64,000 nt of DNA from Candidatus Falkowbacteria bacterium (GCA_018651725.1 JABIDK010000014.1:6625-70624), one strand, 5' to 3'; positions 19,718-29,142 are shown, numbered from the stretch's first letter. The notes: generated from the sequence alone by a model not told the origin. Made by a program: numbers and translations.

Positions 19718-20120
19718 AACAAAAAGAGAGCGCTACTAGCGCCCCTTTAATATATATAATTTAATGGGCTGTAACGCTCTCGGCTCTTAAAAACTTCAAC
19801 AAATTCTCCTAATGGAGAAGTTTTGTTAGTTTTGTTTTAAAGAGCTGATGAGACGCGTACCCCCGAGCTTGTTTACGCAATTTATACTTTTCTACCGTTC
19901 TTGTGGTGATATCCCTAGAGCTTTATCGTAAGGAGACACCTTTTTTAATTTTTTTGTTTTTGTTTTTCAGGCCTTGGTCGGGTTCTTGGCCGATTCGAAG
20001 AGTAGAAAAGCGGGGAATATGCACAGTTTTATCAAATATTTCTAGCTATGTGTATTCCTCCCTTTTCTACCCCCTCCTATAGGGAGTAAAGTGCTAAAGA
20101 ACGTAATCTATACTTTTAAT
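19718..20120 (-). ncRNA. Candidate ~400-nt structured non-coding RNA (family not recognised; strand uncertain)
   Basis: Consensus promoter upstream, terminator at 19721-19748(-), long hairpins 19766-19864 and 20002-20070, no ORF of 60 aa or more. Confidence 0.5.
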
Positions 20121-20126
20121 ATCTTT

Positions 20127-20155
20127 ATTATAGCATTTTTTAGCTGCATTGTCAA
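20127..20155 (-). promoter_or_regulatory. Sigma70 consensus promoter
   Basis: TTGACA-ATGCAGCTAAAAAATGC(17)-TATAAT, with extended -10 TG. Confidence 0.8.
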
Positions 20156-20206
20156 CGGAGTCAATAGAGGTTTCCCTCTTGTATTTAAGCTAAATAGCTG
20201 CATACC

Positions 20207-20276
20207 TGTGGATATGTTTTTTCTTTAAATCAATAAAATATCCACTTTTACACAACTTATCCCCAACTTATCCCCA
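20207..20276. promoter_or_regulatory. DnaA-box cluster outside oriC
   Basis: TGTGGATAT 20207, ATATCCACT 20238, TTTTACACA 20246, TTATCCCCA 20257, TTATCCCCA 20268; the last three are spaced 11 bp apart. Confidence 0.6.
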
Positions 20277-20393
20277 GACGTCAAAAAAAACATTGAAACA
20301 AAAAAACATAAAAACACACAGCCATTAATTTGGGCAGTAACAAGCAGTAAATGGCTTGTTTTCTTGTTTTTATGTTTTTTTGCTTTTGTGATA

Positions 20394-22274
20394 TTACACT
20401 TCAATCACTACCGGCAAGACCATTGGCCTTCTTTGAGTTTTTTGATACAGGAAATTACCCATTTTTTCTCTTATTTCATTACGAACATGTGTCCATTTAA
20501 CTGGTTTTTCCTTGGCTTTTTGTTCTACGATTTGTCTTACTTTTTTTCTAGCCTCTTCAACTAGCTCGCGAGACTCTTTCATATAGATAAAGCCCCTTGA
20601 AATAATGTCAGGATTTTGCAGTAATTTACCTGTTTTTTTATTAACTGTAACTATTACAGTAAACATGCCAAATTCGCTCATTACTTGACGATCACGAAGA
20701 ACTATTTGGCCAATATCACCAACACCAAGCCCATCTATGAAAATATAGTCGGTTTTGGCTTTTTTGTCGGATATTCCAACTTTTTTATTCTTTGATTCCA
20801 AGATTGAACCGTTATCTAGTATAAAGATGTTGTTTTTGTTAAAACCGGTTTCTATGGCTAGTTTTGCAGCTTCTTTTAAAAAGTAGTGATTGGCATAAAC
20901 AGGTAGATAGTAGGTTGGTTTTACTTGTTTTATTACTTCTTTAATGTCTTCGGCATTACAATGTCCGCTAGTATGCACATCCATAATGCCGGTATGTATC
21001 ACATTATCGCTTTTTCTGTACAAATCATCTTTGATTCTTTGAATAGTTCTTTCGTTCCCAGGAATAACCGAAGAAGAGAAGACAACAGTATCTTTTTTAT
21101 TTATTTGAATGTATCTGTGTTTTCCCTTTATAATTCTAGATAAAACCGCATTACTTTCACCTTGCGCGCCTGTACAGATGATAACTATTTTATTCTTTGG
21201 ATATTTAGCTATATTTTTAATATCAATCAAAACCCCCTTAGGGACTTTAACATAACCCAGCTCTTTAGCAATTTCAATGTTCATTTTCATGCTATATCCA
21301 TCTAAAGCTACTTTTTTCCCTGTTTTCCAAGAATGTTCTATGATTTGTCCAATTCGTCTTACTTGAGAGGAAAAAGTCCCAATAATTACTCTTTCCGGAG
21401 CAGAATCAATAAGCTTTTTAAGATTTTCATACATTGTTATTTCTGGAGTAGGTGTTTTATAGTCTGTTGCTCCCAAACTTTCAAGCATTAAGAACGTTGG
21501 TTTTGGTAGTTTTGCCAGTTCGGCATAAGACATTACCCTGTTTCCTTTTTCATCTCTTTCAAGAGTCCAGTCACCCGGATGAATGATTGTTCCCTCTGGA
21601 GTAGTTAAGGTGGCTCCAACAGCATCCATGATAGAATGTTCAACATCAAAAAAGCCGACTTTAAAAGCACCTAATTGAATCTTTTGATTTAAAGATTTTA
21701 TTAAGGCTATATTTAACAGCTTAGAAGATTTTTTTTGATTATCTTCCATTTTTCGTTTAATTGAGGCGATTGTAAAGTCTCGACCAATAACAAGAGGATA
21801 ACCAAGCTGGTTTAAAAGTATCGGAGCAGCTCCAATATGATCAAGATGACCATGACTAAAGATTACACCGCGAATATTTTTCTCTTTTCCTTTTAAATAA
21901 GAGATATCAGGTACAATATAGTCTACTCCAGGCATATCTTCTTCTGGAAACTGCATACCCATATCAAGTATTACAATATCTTCGCCATACTCAAAAACAG
22001 TCATATTTCGTCCGACTTCTTCTTGTCCTCCTAAAGGAATGATTTTTAATGTTTTGTTTTGAGAAAACCTTCCTGGCTTTCTTCTTTTATTTGAGTGAGT
22101 TTGTTGCAAATAAGGTTTTTTAATTGTTTTTTTACCTTGTTCTTTTGTATAAGGTTTGGAAAACGTTGTTTTCTTTTGCATTTTTGGCAAAGGTTTTTTA
22201 ACATCTTTTTCTTGTGCATTAAATATTTTAGGAGCTTTTGTGTAGCGCCTAATAGGTTTTTTGTTTTCTGTCAT
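20394..22274 (-). CDS. rnj: Ribonuclease J
   Basis: PLGGQEEVGRNM, SHGHLDHIGA, TGAQGE, HTSGH, RRPMVLPVVIEV; basic N-terminal extension. Confidence 0.95.
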   Translation of the reverse strand: MTENKKPIRRYTKAPKIFNAQEKDVKKPLPKMQKKTTFSKPYTKEQGKKTIKKPYLQQTHSNKRRKPGRFSQNKTLKIIPLGGQEEVGRNMTVFEYGEDIVILDMGMQFPEEDMPGVDYIVPDISYLKGKEKNIRGVIFSHGHLDHIGAAPILLNQLGYPLVIGRDFTIASIKRKMEDNQKKSSKLLNIALIKSLNQKIQLGAFKVGFFDVEHSIMDAVGATLTTPEGTIIHPGDWTLERDEKGNRVMSYAELAKLPKPTFLMLESLGATDYKTPTPEITMYENLKKLIDSAPERVIIGTFSSQVRRIGQIIEHSWKTGKKVALDGYSMKMNIEIAKELGYVKVPKGVLIDIKNIAKYPKNKIVIICTGAQGESNAVLSRIIKGKHRYIQINKKDTVVFSSSVIPGNERTIQRIKDDLYRKSDNVIHTGIMDVHTSGHCNAEDIKEVIKQVKPTYYLPVYANHYFLKEAAKLAIETGFNKNNIFILDNGSILESKNKKVGISDKKAKTDYIFIDGLGVGDIGQIVLRDRQVMSEFGMFTVIVTVNKKTGKLLQNPDIISRGFIYMKESRELVEEARKKVRQIVEQKAKEKPVKWTHVRNEIREKMGNFLYQKTQRRPMVLPVVIEV

Positions 22275-22345
22275 AAAATGAATTGTGTAAATACTTTACC
22301 TCTCCGATAGGTAAAGTTAGTTAATTATTTAGTTAGATAATAGTG

Positions 22346-22429
22346 TGGGAACGGGGAGACTTGAACTCCCATGGACTGATGTCCACTAGCCCCTCAAGCT
22401 AGCGCGTCTACCAATTCCGCCACGTTCCC
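22346..22429 (-). tRNA. tRNA-Leu(GAG)
   Basis: GGGAACG acceptor, GGCGGAATTGGTAGACGC D-arm, CTAGC-TT-GAG-GG-GCTAG, long variable arm. Confidence 0.95.
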
Positions 22430-22524
22430 CAAATACAAAAATGGGTTACCAATTGGTAATTTTATTAAATAAGTTTATTTTTAGTAACTTCTCCCATTAA
22501 TTTAAGTTCAGAGGGAGTTAAATA

Positions 22525-23049
22525 TTATAAAACTTTTTTAAGTCGTTTTTTATAGTCGCGGCGCAAGAAGTATAGTTTAGCGCGTCGAGTTTTTATCTTG
22601 TGAAGTAGCTCAATTTTTTCAATTGTTGGTAAAGCAAGAGGAAATATTTTTTCTACGGCGATTCCGTTGGAAACTTTTCTAATAGTAATAGTAGCACCTG
22701 CTTCATTACCACCTTTACGGGCTAAAACAGTACCTTCAAAGTATTGAAGACGTTCTTTAATCTCTCCTTTTGGATTTTTTTCTTTAATCTTTTGCCAAAG
22801 CTTAATAACCATACCAGGCTTTACATCAGCTGGAGAAATAAGATCAGTTTTTTGAGAGCTTTTAGCTTTTTTCTTGTTATTAGTTTCAGGCTCTTCTGCT
22901 TTATCTTCAAGTTTCTCGTTATTTTGCTTTTTATCATCCTGTTCCAACTCTTTTTCTTTCTCGGTTTTTGGATTCACTTCACTGTTTTTTGGTTTATCCT
23001 CAGTAGTTTCAGCGGAGGATGGTTTTTTTGTATCTTTTTCTTCGGACAT
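22525..23049 (-). CDS. rplS: 50S ribosomal protein L19 with charged N-terminal extension
   Basis: KERLQYFEGTVLARKG, VEKIFP, RRAKLYFLR. Confidence 0.95.
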   Translation of the reverse strand: MSEEKDTKKPSSAETTEDKPKNSEVNPKTEKEKELEQDDKKQNNEKLEDKAEEPETNNKKKAKSSQKTDLISPADVKPGMVIKLWQKIKEKNPKGEIKERLQYFEGTVLARKGGNEAGATITIRKVSNGIAVEKIFPLALPTIEKIELLHKIKTRRAKLYFLRRDYKKRLKKVL

Positions 23050-23088
23050 ATATTAATTAGCTTATAGCTTCACTAGCTTTTTAAAAAA

Positions 23089-23514
23089 TTATTTGTTTTC
23101 TGCTGGCTTTTCTTCTTTTTTCTCTTCCTTTTTTTCTTCAGTAGCAGGTTTGTCTTCAGATTTTACGTCTTCTTTTGCTTCTTGCTTAGACTCTTCTGTT
23201 TTTGGTGCTTCTTTAGATTCTTCCCCTTCTTCTTTTTCTTTCTTCTTTGGAGAAGTCGCTTTTATTTTTTTAGCATCGATAATTTTTTCATCAATAAAAA
23301 GATTATGAAGAGTTACAGACGGCTGAGCGCCAACACCTAGCCAATATTTAATTCTATCGGTTTTTAGATTAACGGTATTTGGCTTAGTTCTTGGGTTATA
23401 AGTTCCAAGATTTTCAAGATAATCTCCCCAAGGATCTTTTCTTTTGTCTAAAACAATAACCCTATAGATAGGTTGTTTTTTCTTTCCCATTCGTCTTAAT
23501 CGAATTGATAACAT
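23089..23514 (-). CDS. rpsP: 30S ribosomal protein S16 with E/K-rich tail
   Basis: IRLRRMGKKKQPIYRV, LGTYNP, YWLGVGAQPS. Confidence 0.96.
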   Translation of the reverse strand: MLSIRLRRMGKKKQPIYRVIVLDKRKDPWGDYLENLGTYNPRTKPNTVNLKTDRIKYWLGVGAQPSVTLHNLFIDEKIIDAKKIKATSPKKKEKEEGEESKEAPKTEESKQEAKEDVKSEDKPATEEKKEEKKEEKPAENK

Positions 23515-23736
23515 AGCATTAGTCGAAAGTCTATAAAGTTAATTTTTTTATAGCTTTAACTTTTTTAATTTATTTGTTTAACAAAAAAATCGGTTACTTA
23601 ACATGAGTAACTTATTATTTTTAAATTTTAACATAGTATAAAAAAAAGTCAAGGGATAGCGGTAAAACGGCTTGATTATTAGATAAAAATGTTGTAGCCT
23701 GTATATAGATTCATTATCTAATAGGTTTATTAATAT

Positions 23737-24768
23737 ATGAACAATAAAAAACTTAAAGATTTTTTGGCTAAAAATAACCAGCCTGGATTTCGTTATAAAC
23801 AAATTGTAAAAGCAGTTTATCAAGATGCGGTTGCGTCTTTTAGTGATATTTCGACTTTGCCTAGAGGTTTGCGTGATTTATTGGGTAAGAAAATTGATAT
23901 TTTGCCTTTTAAGGTGATTGAGGCTGTTGTGTCAAAAGAAAAAAAAGCAATAAAAGCCTTATTTGAGCTCTCTGATAAAAATATAATTGAGTCAGTGCTT
24001 ATTTCTCCAAAGCCCGGAACATGGTCGGCGTGTATCTCGTCTCAAGTTGGGTGTGCTTTGTCTTGTAAATTTTGCGCAACTGGGCAAATGGGAATAAAGA
24101 GAGATTTAACCAGTGATGAAATTGTTAGTCAAGCGATTTTTTGGAGACAATATTCACGCGAATATAATATAGAAGGGTCGTATGCCAGCATTGTTTATAT
24201 GGGAATGGGAGAGCCGTTTAAAAACTGGGAGAACGTTAGGGAGAGCATTAAAATTCTTACAGATAAAGATCTGGGGAATTTTCCAAATCGCGGATTGTCA
24301 ATATCAACATCAGGCGTTGTTCCTGGAGTTAAAAAATTTGCCAATGAATTTAAACAAGTGAACTTGGCGATATCACTGCACTTTGCCAACAATGAAAAAC
24401 GCAGTAAATATATGCCTATAAATAAAGCATATGACTTAGAGGCCTTGAAAAATGCTTTACAATATTATTTTAGCAAAAATAAGAGAAAAGTTTTTATTGA
24501 ATATATTATGTTGAATAATATTAATGATAGTGAAGGTGATGCTCAAGAACTGATTGATTATTTGCTTTCAATTGAAAACAAAAAACTTTTGCATGTAAAT
24601 TTAATCAGATATAATACAGTTGATAATAATTTTACTCCATCATCAAGAGAAAGAGTAAAAGATTTTCAAACTTTTTTGCTTGATCAAGGTATTTCATGCA
24701 CAATTCGTAAAAGCATCGGAGACGACATCCATGGAGCCTGCGGACAGTTAGCGGGAAAAAGCAAATAA
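23737..24768 (+). CDS. rlmN: Radical SAM rRNA methyltransferase RlmN
   Basis: CISSQVGCALSCKFCATG, MGMGEP, ISTSG, LAISLH, GACGQL. Confidence 0.92.
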   Translation: MNNKKLKDFLAKNNQPGFRYKQIVKAVYQDAVASFSDISTLPRGLRDLLGKKIDILPFKVIEAVVSKEKKAIKALFELSDKNIIESVLISPKPGTWSACISSQVGCALSCKFCATGQMGIKRDLTSDEIVSQAIFWRQYSREYNIEGSYASIVYMGMGEPFKNWENVRESIKILTDKDLGNFPNRGLSISTSGVVPGVKKFANEFKQVNLAISLHFANNEKRSKYMPINKAYDLEALKNALQYYFSKNKRKVFIEYIMLNNINDSEGDAQELIDYLLSIENKKLLHVNLIRYNTVDNNFTPSSRERVKDFQTFLLDQGISCTIRKSIGDDIHGACGQLAGKSK

Positions 24769-24894
24769 AAAATTTGTTTGCTAAGGAGCTTCGAGTGTTT
24801 GACTTTTACGGTATTTAACTATAGTTTATTAATAAACAACAGTAAGCACCTTTGACAATTTAAAAATAAAAAAACAATAACAGGAGAGTTGATT

Positions 24895-26118
24895 ATGGAA
24901 AAAAGAAGAGTTGTAGTAACCGGGATGGGTTTAATCTCTAGTATCGGTAGTTCTGTAAAAGAAGTTGCCAGATCACTTTTTGAGGGTAAATCAGGAATTA
25001 AGTATTGCTCAGAGTATAAAGAAATGGGTTTGCTATCTCAAATCGCCGGGTCATTACCTGATCCAATAAAAATGATTAGCAAGAACAAAATAAAGCGTTT
25101 TATGAGTAAAGGGGCGGCTTTTGCTTACTTGGCGATGGTACAGGCTATAAATGACGCTAATTTATCTGAAGATTTTATTGTTAATCCCAGAACAGGATTG
25201 ATAGTTGGAACCGGCGGTGGTTCGCCAATCAGCTCTGACTTAGTAGCTGAAACTGTTAGAAGCAAAGGGTTTAATAGATTACGTCCTTTTTTTGTTCCAA
25301 AATGTATGGTTAATTCGCCCTCAGCAAACTTAGATGTTTTGTTTGGTATAAAAGGAATTTCTTTTTCTCTGGGGTCCGCTTGTGCAACGGGCGCACACTG
25401 TGTTGGCGAGGCTTGGGAAAAGATAGTTCATAACAAGCAAGACATTATATTTGCCGGAGGAGCTGATGAACAAGACTGGATTATTGCTTCAGCCTTTGAT
25501 AGTGCTAATGCCTTGTCAAGGCGAAACAATAATCCCACGAAGGCGTCTAGGCCTTACGACAGAGATCGTGATGGTTTTGTTATAGCTAGTGGTTCCGGCA
25601 TTTTGATCTTAGAGGAGCTTAACCATGCTTTATCACGTGGAGCTAAAATTTACGCTGAGATTATCGGATATGCAGCAACCTCTGATGGGTTTAGCATGGT
25701 TGTTCCTTCCGGAGAGGGCGCTGAAAGATGTATGCAAGATGCTCTGAGTGTAGCGGAGATTAGCAGCAGTAGTGTTGATTATATTAATCCTCACGGAACA
25801 AGTACACCACTTGGAGATATCGTTGAGCTAAAAGCCATTAAAGAAGTTTTTGGTAATGATATACCTTATATTAGTTCAACAAAATCTTTAACCGGCCATG
25901 GTCTTGGTGCAACCGGAGTTCAAGAACTTATTTATTCAATTATAATGATGAAAAATTGTTTTATCTCGGCATCCGCTAACATTGAAAATCTTGATTCAGA
26001 AGCAGAAAGCTTTCCAATTTTAACCAAGCGCTTAAATGGATACTCTCCTAACGTTGTAATGTCTAACAGCTTTGGCTTTGGAGGAACCAATGCTGTTATT
26101 ATAATGAAAAAAATTTGA
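24895..26118 (+). CDS. fabB: Beta-ketoacyl-ACP synthase (FabB-like)
   Basis: RRVVVTGMG, SACATGAH (Cys), NPHGTSTPLGD and TKSLTGHGLGA (His, His), SNSFGFGGTN. Confidence 0.88.
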   Translation: MEKRRVVVTGMGLISSIGSSVKEVARSLFEGKSGIKYCSEYKEMGLLSQIAGSLPDPIKMISKNKIKRFMSKGAAFAYLAMVQAINDANLSEDFIVNPRTGLIVGTGGGSPISSDLVAETVRSKGFNRLRPFFVPKCMVNSPSANLDVLFGIKGISFSLGSACATGAHCVGEAWEKIVHNKQDIIFAGGADEQDWIIASAFDSANALSRRNNNPTKASRPYDRDRDGFVIASGSGILILEELNHALSRGAKIYAEIIGYAATSDGFSMVVPSGEGAERCMQDALSVAEISSSSVDYINPHGTSTPLGDIVELKAIKEVFGNDIPYISSTKSLTGHGLGATGVQELIYSIIMMKNCFISASANIENLDSEAESFPILTKRLNGYSPNVVMSNSFGFGGTNAVIIMKKI

Positions 26119-26143
26119 AAACCAATTTTTATTGGAAAAAAAC

Positions 26144-26171
26144 AGGAAGCTTTTAAGTAAGCTTCCTTTTT
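26144..26171 (+). terminator. Intrinsic terminator after fabB
   Basis: AGGAAGCTT...AAGCTTCCT-TTTT. Confidence 0.7.
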
Positions 26172-26188
26172 AATTGGATCTATATTTT

Positions 26189-28810
26189 TTACCGCGCGGC
26201 GTTTGTTTTTGCGTCTTCAAGTTTTATGCTTAAAACTTTGGAAACCCCTTTTTCTTGCATGGTTATGCCATACAAAACTTTAGCCACCTCCATTGTGGCA
26301 CGGTTGTGGGAGATTGTGATGAATTGCGTTTTATGAGAAAGATCTTTTAAAATTTTAGCAAAGCGAATTGAGTTAGCTTCGTCTAAAGCGGCGTCTACTT
26401 CATCTAAAATTACAAAAGGAGAAGGATTAATTGAGATGATAGCGCAAATTAAAGCGATTGATGTCAAAGATTTTTCACCACCCGACAAAATATGGATGTC
26501 TTTCAGTTTTTTACCATGAGGCGCGGCTTGAATATCAATACCTATTTCCTGCTTTTCTTTATTTTTTGATTTCTCTTTTACTTCTTCATTGTTCTCTTCT
26601 TCATTTTCATCTGAATCTTCTGTTGGAATATTTATTATATTTTTAATTAACTTTGCCTCTCCGCCATCAAAAAGAGTTTTAAAATATTTATTGAACTGTT
26701 TATTAATTTTAGAAAAAGATTCGTCAAATTTATTTTTAATTATTTTATCAAGATCAGCGATAATGCCGGTTAGCTTTAGACTGCTTTCCTCCATATCTTC
26801 TACTTGTTCACTTAAAAATTCATAACGCTCTCTTACTTCTTTGTGCTCCTCTATTGTCTCCGGGTCTATTCCCCCGATCATACTTAGTTGATTTTTTAGT
26901 CTATGGATTTTATTTTCGTCTATTTCTTCTTGAGATTCTGTTATGTTTAACTTGCTTAAACTTTTTATTTCTTCTCGTATTTCTTTTTCCAAGCCTTCTT
27001 TCCTGGTTTCTTCTTTTGTTAATCTGATAAGGACTTCGTTGATTTCGTTTTTACTTCTATTTAGTCTAATCTGTTCGCTTTGAATTTTATCTTGCAAAGA
27101 AAATGTTTTGTCTTTTTTATCTTGTTCTTGTCTATTAAAATTATCTAAATTATTTTTGACTTCTTTTATTTTTTTATCGATTTCTCGAATTTTTTCATTG
27201 AGTTTTTGCTCGTTATCTTGTAACTCTTTTAAAGAGGTTTTTTGGTCAGCAACCTGATTTTTTTTGATTTCTTGTTTAAGGTTATCTAACTCTTCTTTGA
27301 TTTCTTTTATTCGAGATTTTATCATTCGCTCTTTTTCTTCGTTAACATTTTTGTTTATCTCTAAACTGCTTAATTTATTTAAAATTTCATTTTTAGAGCT
27401 CAGTAAATCTTCTTGATCTTCTTTGATTTTATTTATTTTTTGAGTTACCCGCACTTCATAATCGTTGTTTTCTTTTTTGGAAAGTTCTTTTAAATTATCT
27501 TTAATTTTTTCAGCGTTGTTTTTGATTTTTTGAAAATCTTGTTGTTCTTTAGCTAGTTCAATTTGTTTAATTAACTCTCTTTGCTTCAAAATAATTTTTT
27601 GTAAAAGCTCATCCCAGTTTTTGTTGTCCGAAGAAAAAGTTTGTTCGGACATTTTTTCCAGCTCCAACTTTAAATTATTTATTTTCTGGCTAATTTCAGC
27701 AAGATTTTTTTCTTCACGATTTATTTTTTGATTAATCATTTTGCCTTCTTCTGCTATCAGCTCAAGTTCGTTTTTTATTTTATTTTCCTGCAAAATTAAA
27801 TCATCTTTACTCCGCGTAATCCAGGCTAAATCAAGTTTACCTTCTTTTTTATACTCTAAGTTTATTTCACCCTGGACAATCGTAAGTTTTTTAAAGAGTT
27901 TGTTTTTTTCACTGTTAAAATCATCAAATTTTTCTTTTAGTTCATTAAATCTTTCGCTACGACTGCTGTCAGAGGCTAAAATCGCCAGCTCTTTTTGAAA
28001 AACCAAAAAATTTTCGCCGATTTCTTTATCTGCTTGTTTTTTATTTTTCAGCTCTGAATTTATCTCAGTTATTTTATCTTGTAAACCAAAATACAGATTG
28101 CTATAGTGTTTTATTTGCAAACTTTCCAGTTCGGTTTTTATTTTTTCGCGTTTTTCCAGTTTTTTAACTTGACGGGATAAGAGTCTTAAGTGCGGTTCAA
28201 GTTCGTTTAAGCTGATTTTAATTTGTTCCAAGTTTATTTTAGTGCGATTTAAATTGTTGATAGTTCTGTGCCTTTTAATTTGATACTGTTTAACCCCAAC
28301 AGCTTCATCGAAAAATTCTTTTCTTTCTTTTACCCCAGCTTGCAAGATATAGTCGATCATTCCCTGTCCAACAATACTAAAACTTTTTTGCCCAAAGTTA
28401 GCTTTAGCCAAAAGCATAGTAATATCAGCTAAACGAGCCTTAGATTTATTTAAAAGGTATTCACTGTCTCCGTTTCGGTATAATTTTCGTGTAATCATTA
28501 GCTCAGAATATTCAATCGGCAGGACTTTATCGTGATTGTTTATAAAAATAGACACCTCGGCCATGCCAAGTTGAGACTTTCCTCCAGCACCATGAAAAAT
28601 AACGTCATGAGATTTTTTTCCACGAAGTAGTTTTAAACTTTGCTCACCCAAAACCCAGCGGATAGCATCCACGACATTTGATTTCCCGGATCCGTTAGGT
28701 CCAACAACAGCTGTTATACCTTTATTGCCCTTTTCAGGTTCAGGAAAGATAAATTCAGTTTTATTAGCGAAAGATTTAAAACCGCGAATTTCAATTTTTT
28801 CTAGAAACAT
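26189..28810 (-). CDS. smc: SMC-family chromosome segregation ATPase (short form)
   Basis: GFKSFA, GPNGSGKSN, LSGGEKS, LDEVDAALDEAN, long coiled coils; ATG 28810. Confidence 0.9.
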   Translation of the reverse strand: MFLEKIEIRGFKSFANKTEFIFPEPEKGNKGITAVVGPNGSGKSNVVDAIRWVLGEQSLKLLRGKKSHDVIFHGAGGKSQLGMAEVSIFINNHDKVLPIEYSELMITRKLYRNGDSEYLLNKSKARLADITMLLAKANFGQKSFSIVGQGMIDYILQAGVKERKEFFDEAVGVKQYQIKRHRTINNLNRTKINLEQIKISLNELEPHLRLLSRQVKKLEKREKIKTELESLQIKHYSNLYFGLQDKITEINSELKNKKQADKEIGENFLVFQKELAILASDSSRSERFNELKEKFDDFNSEKNKLFKKLTIVQGEINLEYKKEGKLDLAWITRSKDDLILQENKIKNELELIAEEGKMINQKINREEKNLAEISQKINNLKLELEKMSEQTFSSDNKNWDELLQKIILKQRELIKQIELAKEQQDFQKIKNNAEKIKDNLKELSKKENNDYEVRVTQKINKIKEDQEDLLSSKNEILNKLSSLEINKNVNEEKERMIKSRIKEIKEELDNLKQEIKKNQVADQKTSLKELQDNEQKLNEKIREIDKKIKEVKNNLDNFNRQEQDKKDKTFSLQDKIQSEQIRLNRSKNEINEVLIRLTKEETRKEGLEKEIREEIKSLSKLNITESQEEIDENKIHRLKNQLSMIGGIDPETIEEHKEVRERYEFLSEQVEDMEESSLKLTGIIADLDKIIKNKFDESFSKINKQFNKYFKTLFDGGEAKLIKNIINIPTEDSDENEEENNEEVKEKSKNKEKQEIGIDIQAAPHGKKLKDIHILSGGEKSLTSIALICAIISINPSPFVILDEVDAALDEANSIRFAKILKDLSHKTQFITISHNRATMEVAKVLYGITMQEKGVSKVLSIKLEDAKTNAAR

Positions 28811-28816
28811 AGAATT

Positions 28817-28890
28817 AGTCAAAAGTCCATAAAGTCCATAAAGTCAAAAGTCACACGACTTTCGACTTTATGGACTTTTGACTTTCGACT
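28817..28890. repeat. Hairpin built from AAAGTC/GACTTT tandem units in the smc leader
   Basis: AGTCAAAAGTCCATAAAGTCCATAAAGTCAAAAGTC-ACAC-GACTTTCGACTTTATGGACTTTTGACTTTCGACT. Confidence 0.85.
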
Positions 28891-28892
28891 GC

Positions 28893-28935
28893 ATTATAGC
28901 AAGGTATTGACAATATGGCAATTGTGTATTAAAAT
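28893..28935. promoter_or_regulatory. Overlapping divergent sigma70 promoters (smc and tRNA-Glu)
   Basis: + strand TTGACA(28907)-N17-TAAAAT; - strand TTGCCA-N17-TATAAT (28921 to 28893). Confidence 0.7.
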
Positions 28936-28998
28936 GTGGTTATTGAATTGCCAAAAGGCCGTTCATTTTTTATCTAGATTTTTTGTTTAAACGACGAT

Positions 28999-29073
28999 GG
29001 CCCCATCGTCTAGTGGTTAGGACATCAGGTTTTCATCCTGAAAACAGGGGTTCGATTCCCCTTGGGGCTACCA
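28999..29073 (+). tRNA. tRNA-Glu(TTC)
   Basis: GGCCCCATCGTCTAGTGG...TCAGG-TT-TTC-AT-CCTGA...GGTTCGATTCC...TGGGGCTACCA. Confidence 0.96.
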
Positions 29074-29142
29074 ATTTAAAAAGGTTCTCAACCAAAGGTT
29101 GACCAGCCTCTAGCTGGGATTCCCCTTGGAGTTATGACAAAC

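Noticed and set aside
19845-19880. Hammerhead ribozyme (CTGATGAG)
   Set aside because: No GAAA core after a stem II, so the catalytic consensus is incomplete.
19718-20120. tmRNA, RNase P RNA or SRP RNA
   Set aside because: No tRNA-like ends, no GAGGAAAGUCC and no SRP helix-8 motif found on either strand.
19600-20390. Template repeat for the putative VR at 5905-6036
   Set aside because: The A-rich tracts here, and in the other large intergenic gaps read by eye, do not match the invariant VR codons such as TTCGTCTTCCGTCCCCGC.
23737-24768. Cfr-type resistance methyltransferase
   Set aside because: MGMGEP and overall motifs fit housekeeping RlmN; a phylogeny would be needed to claim otherwise.
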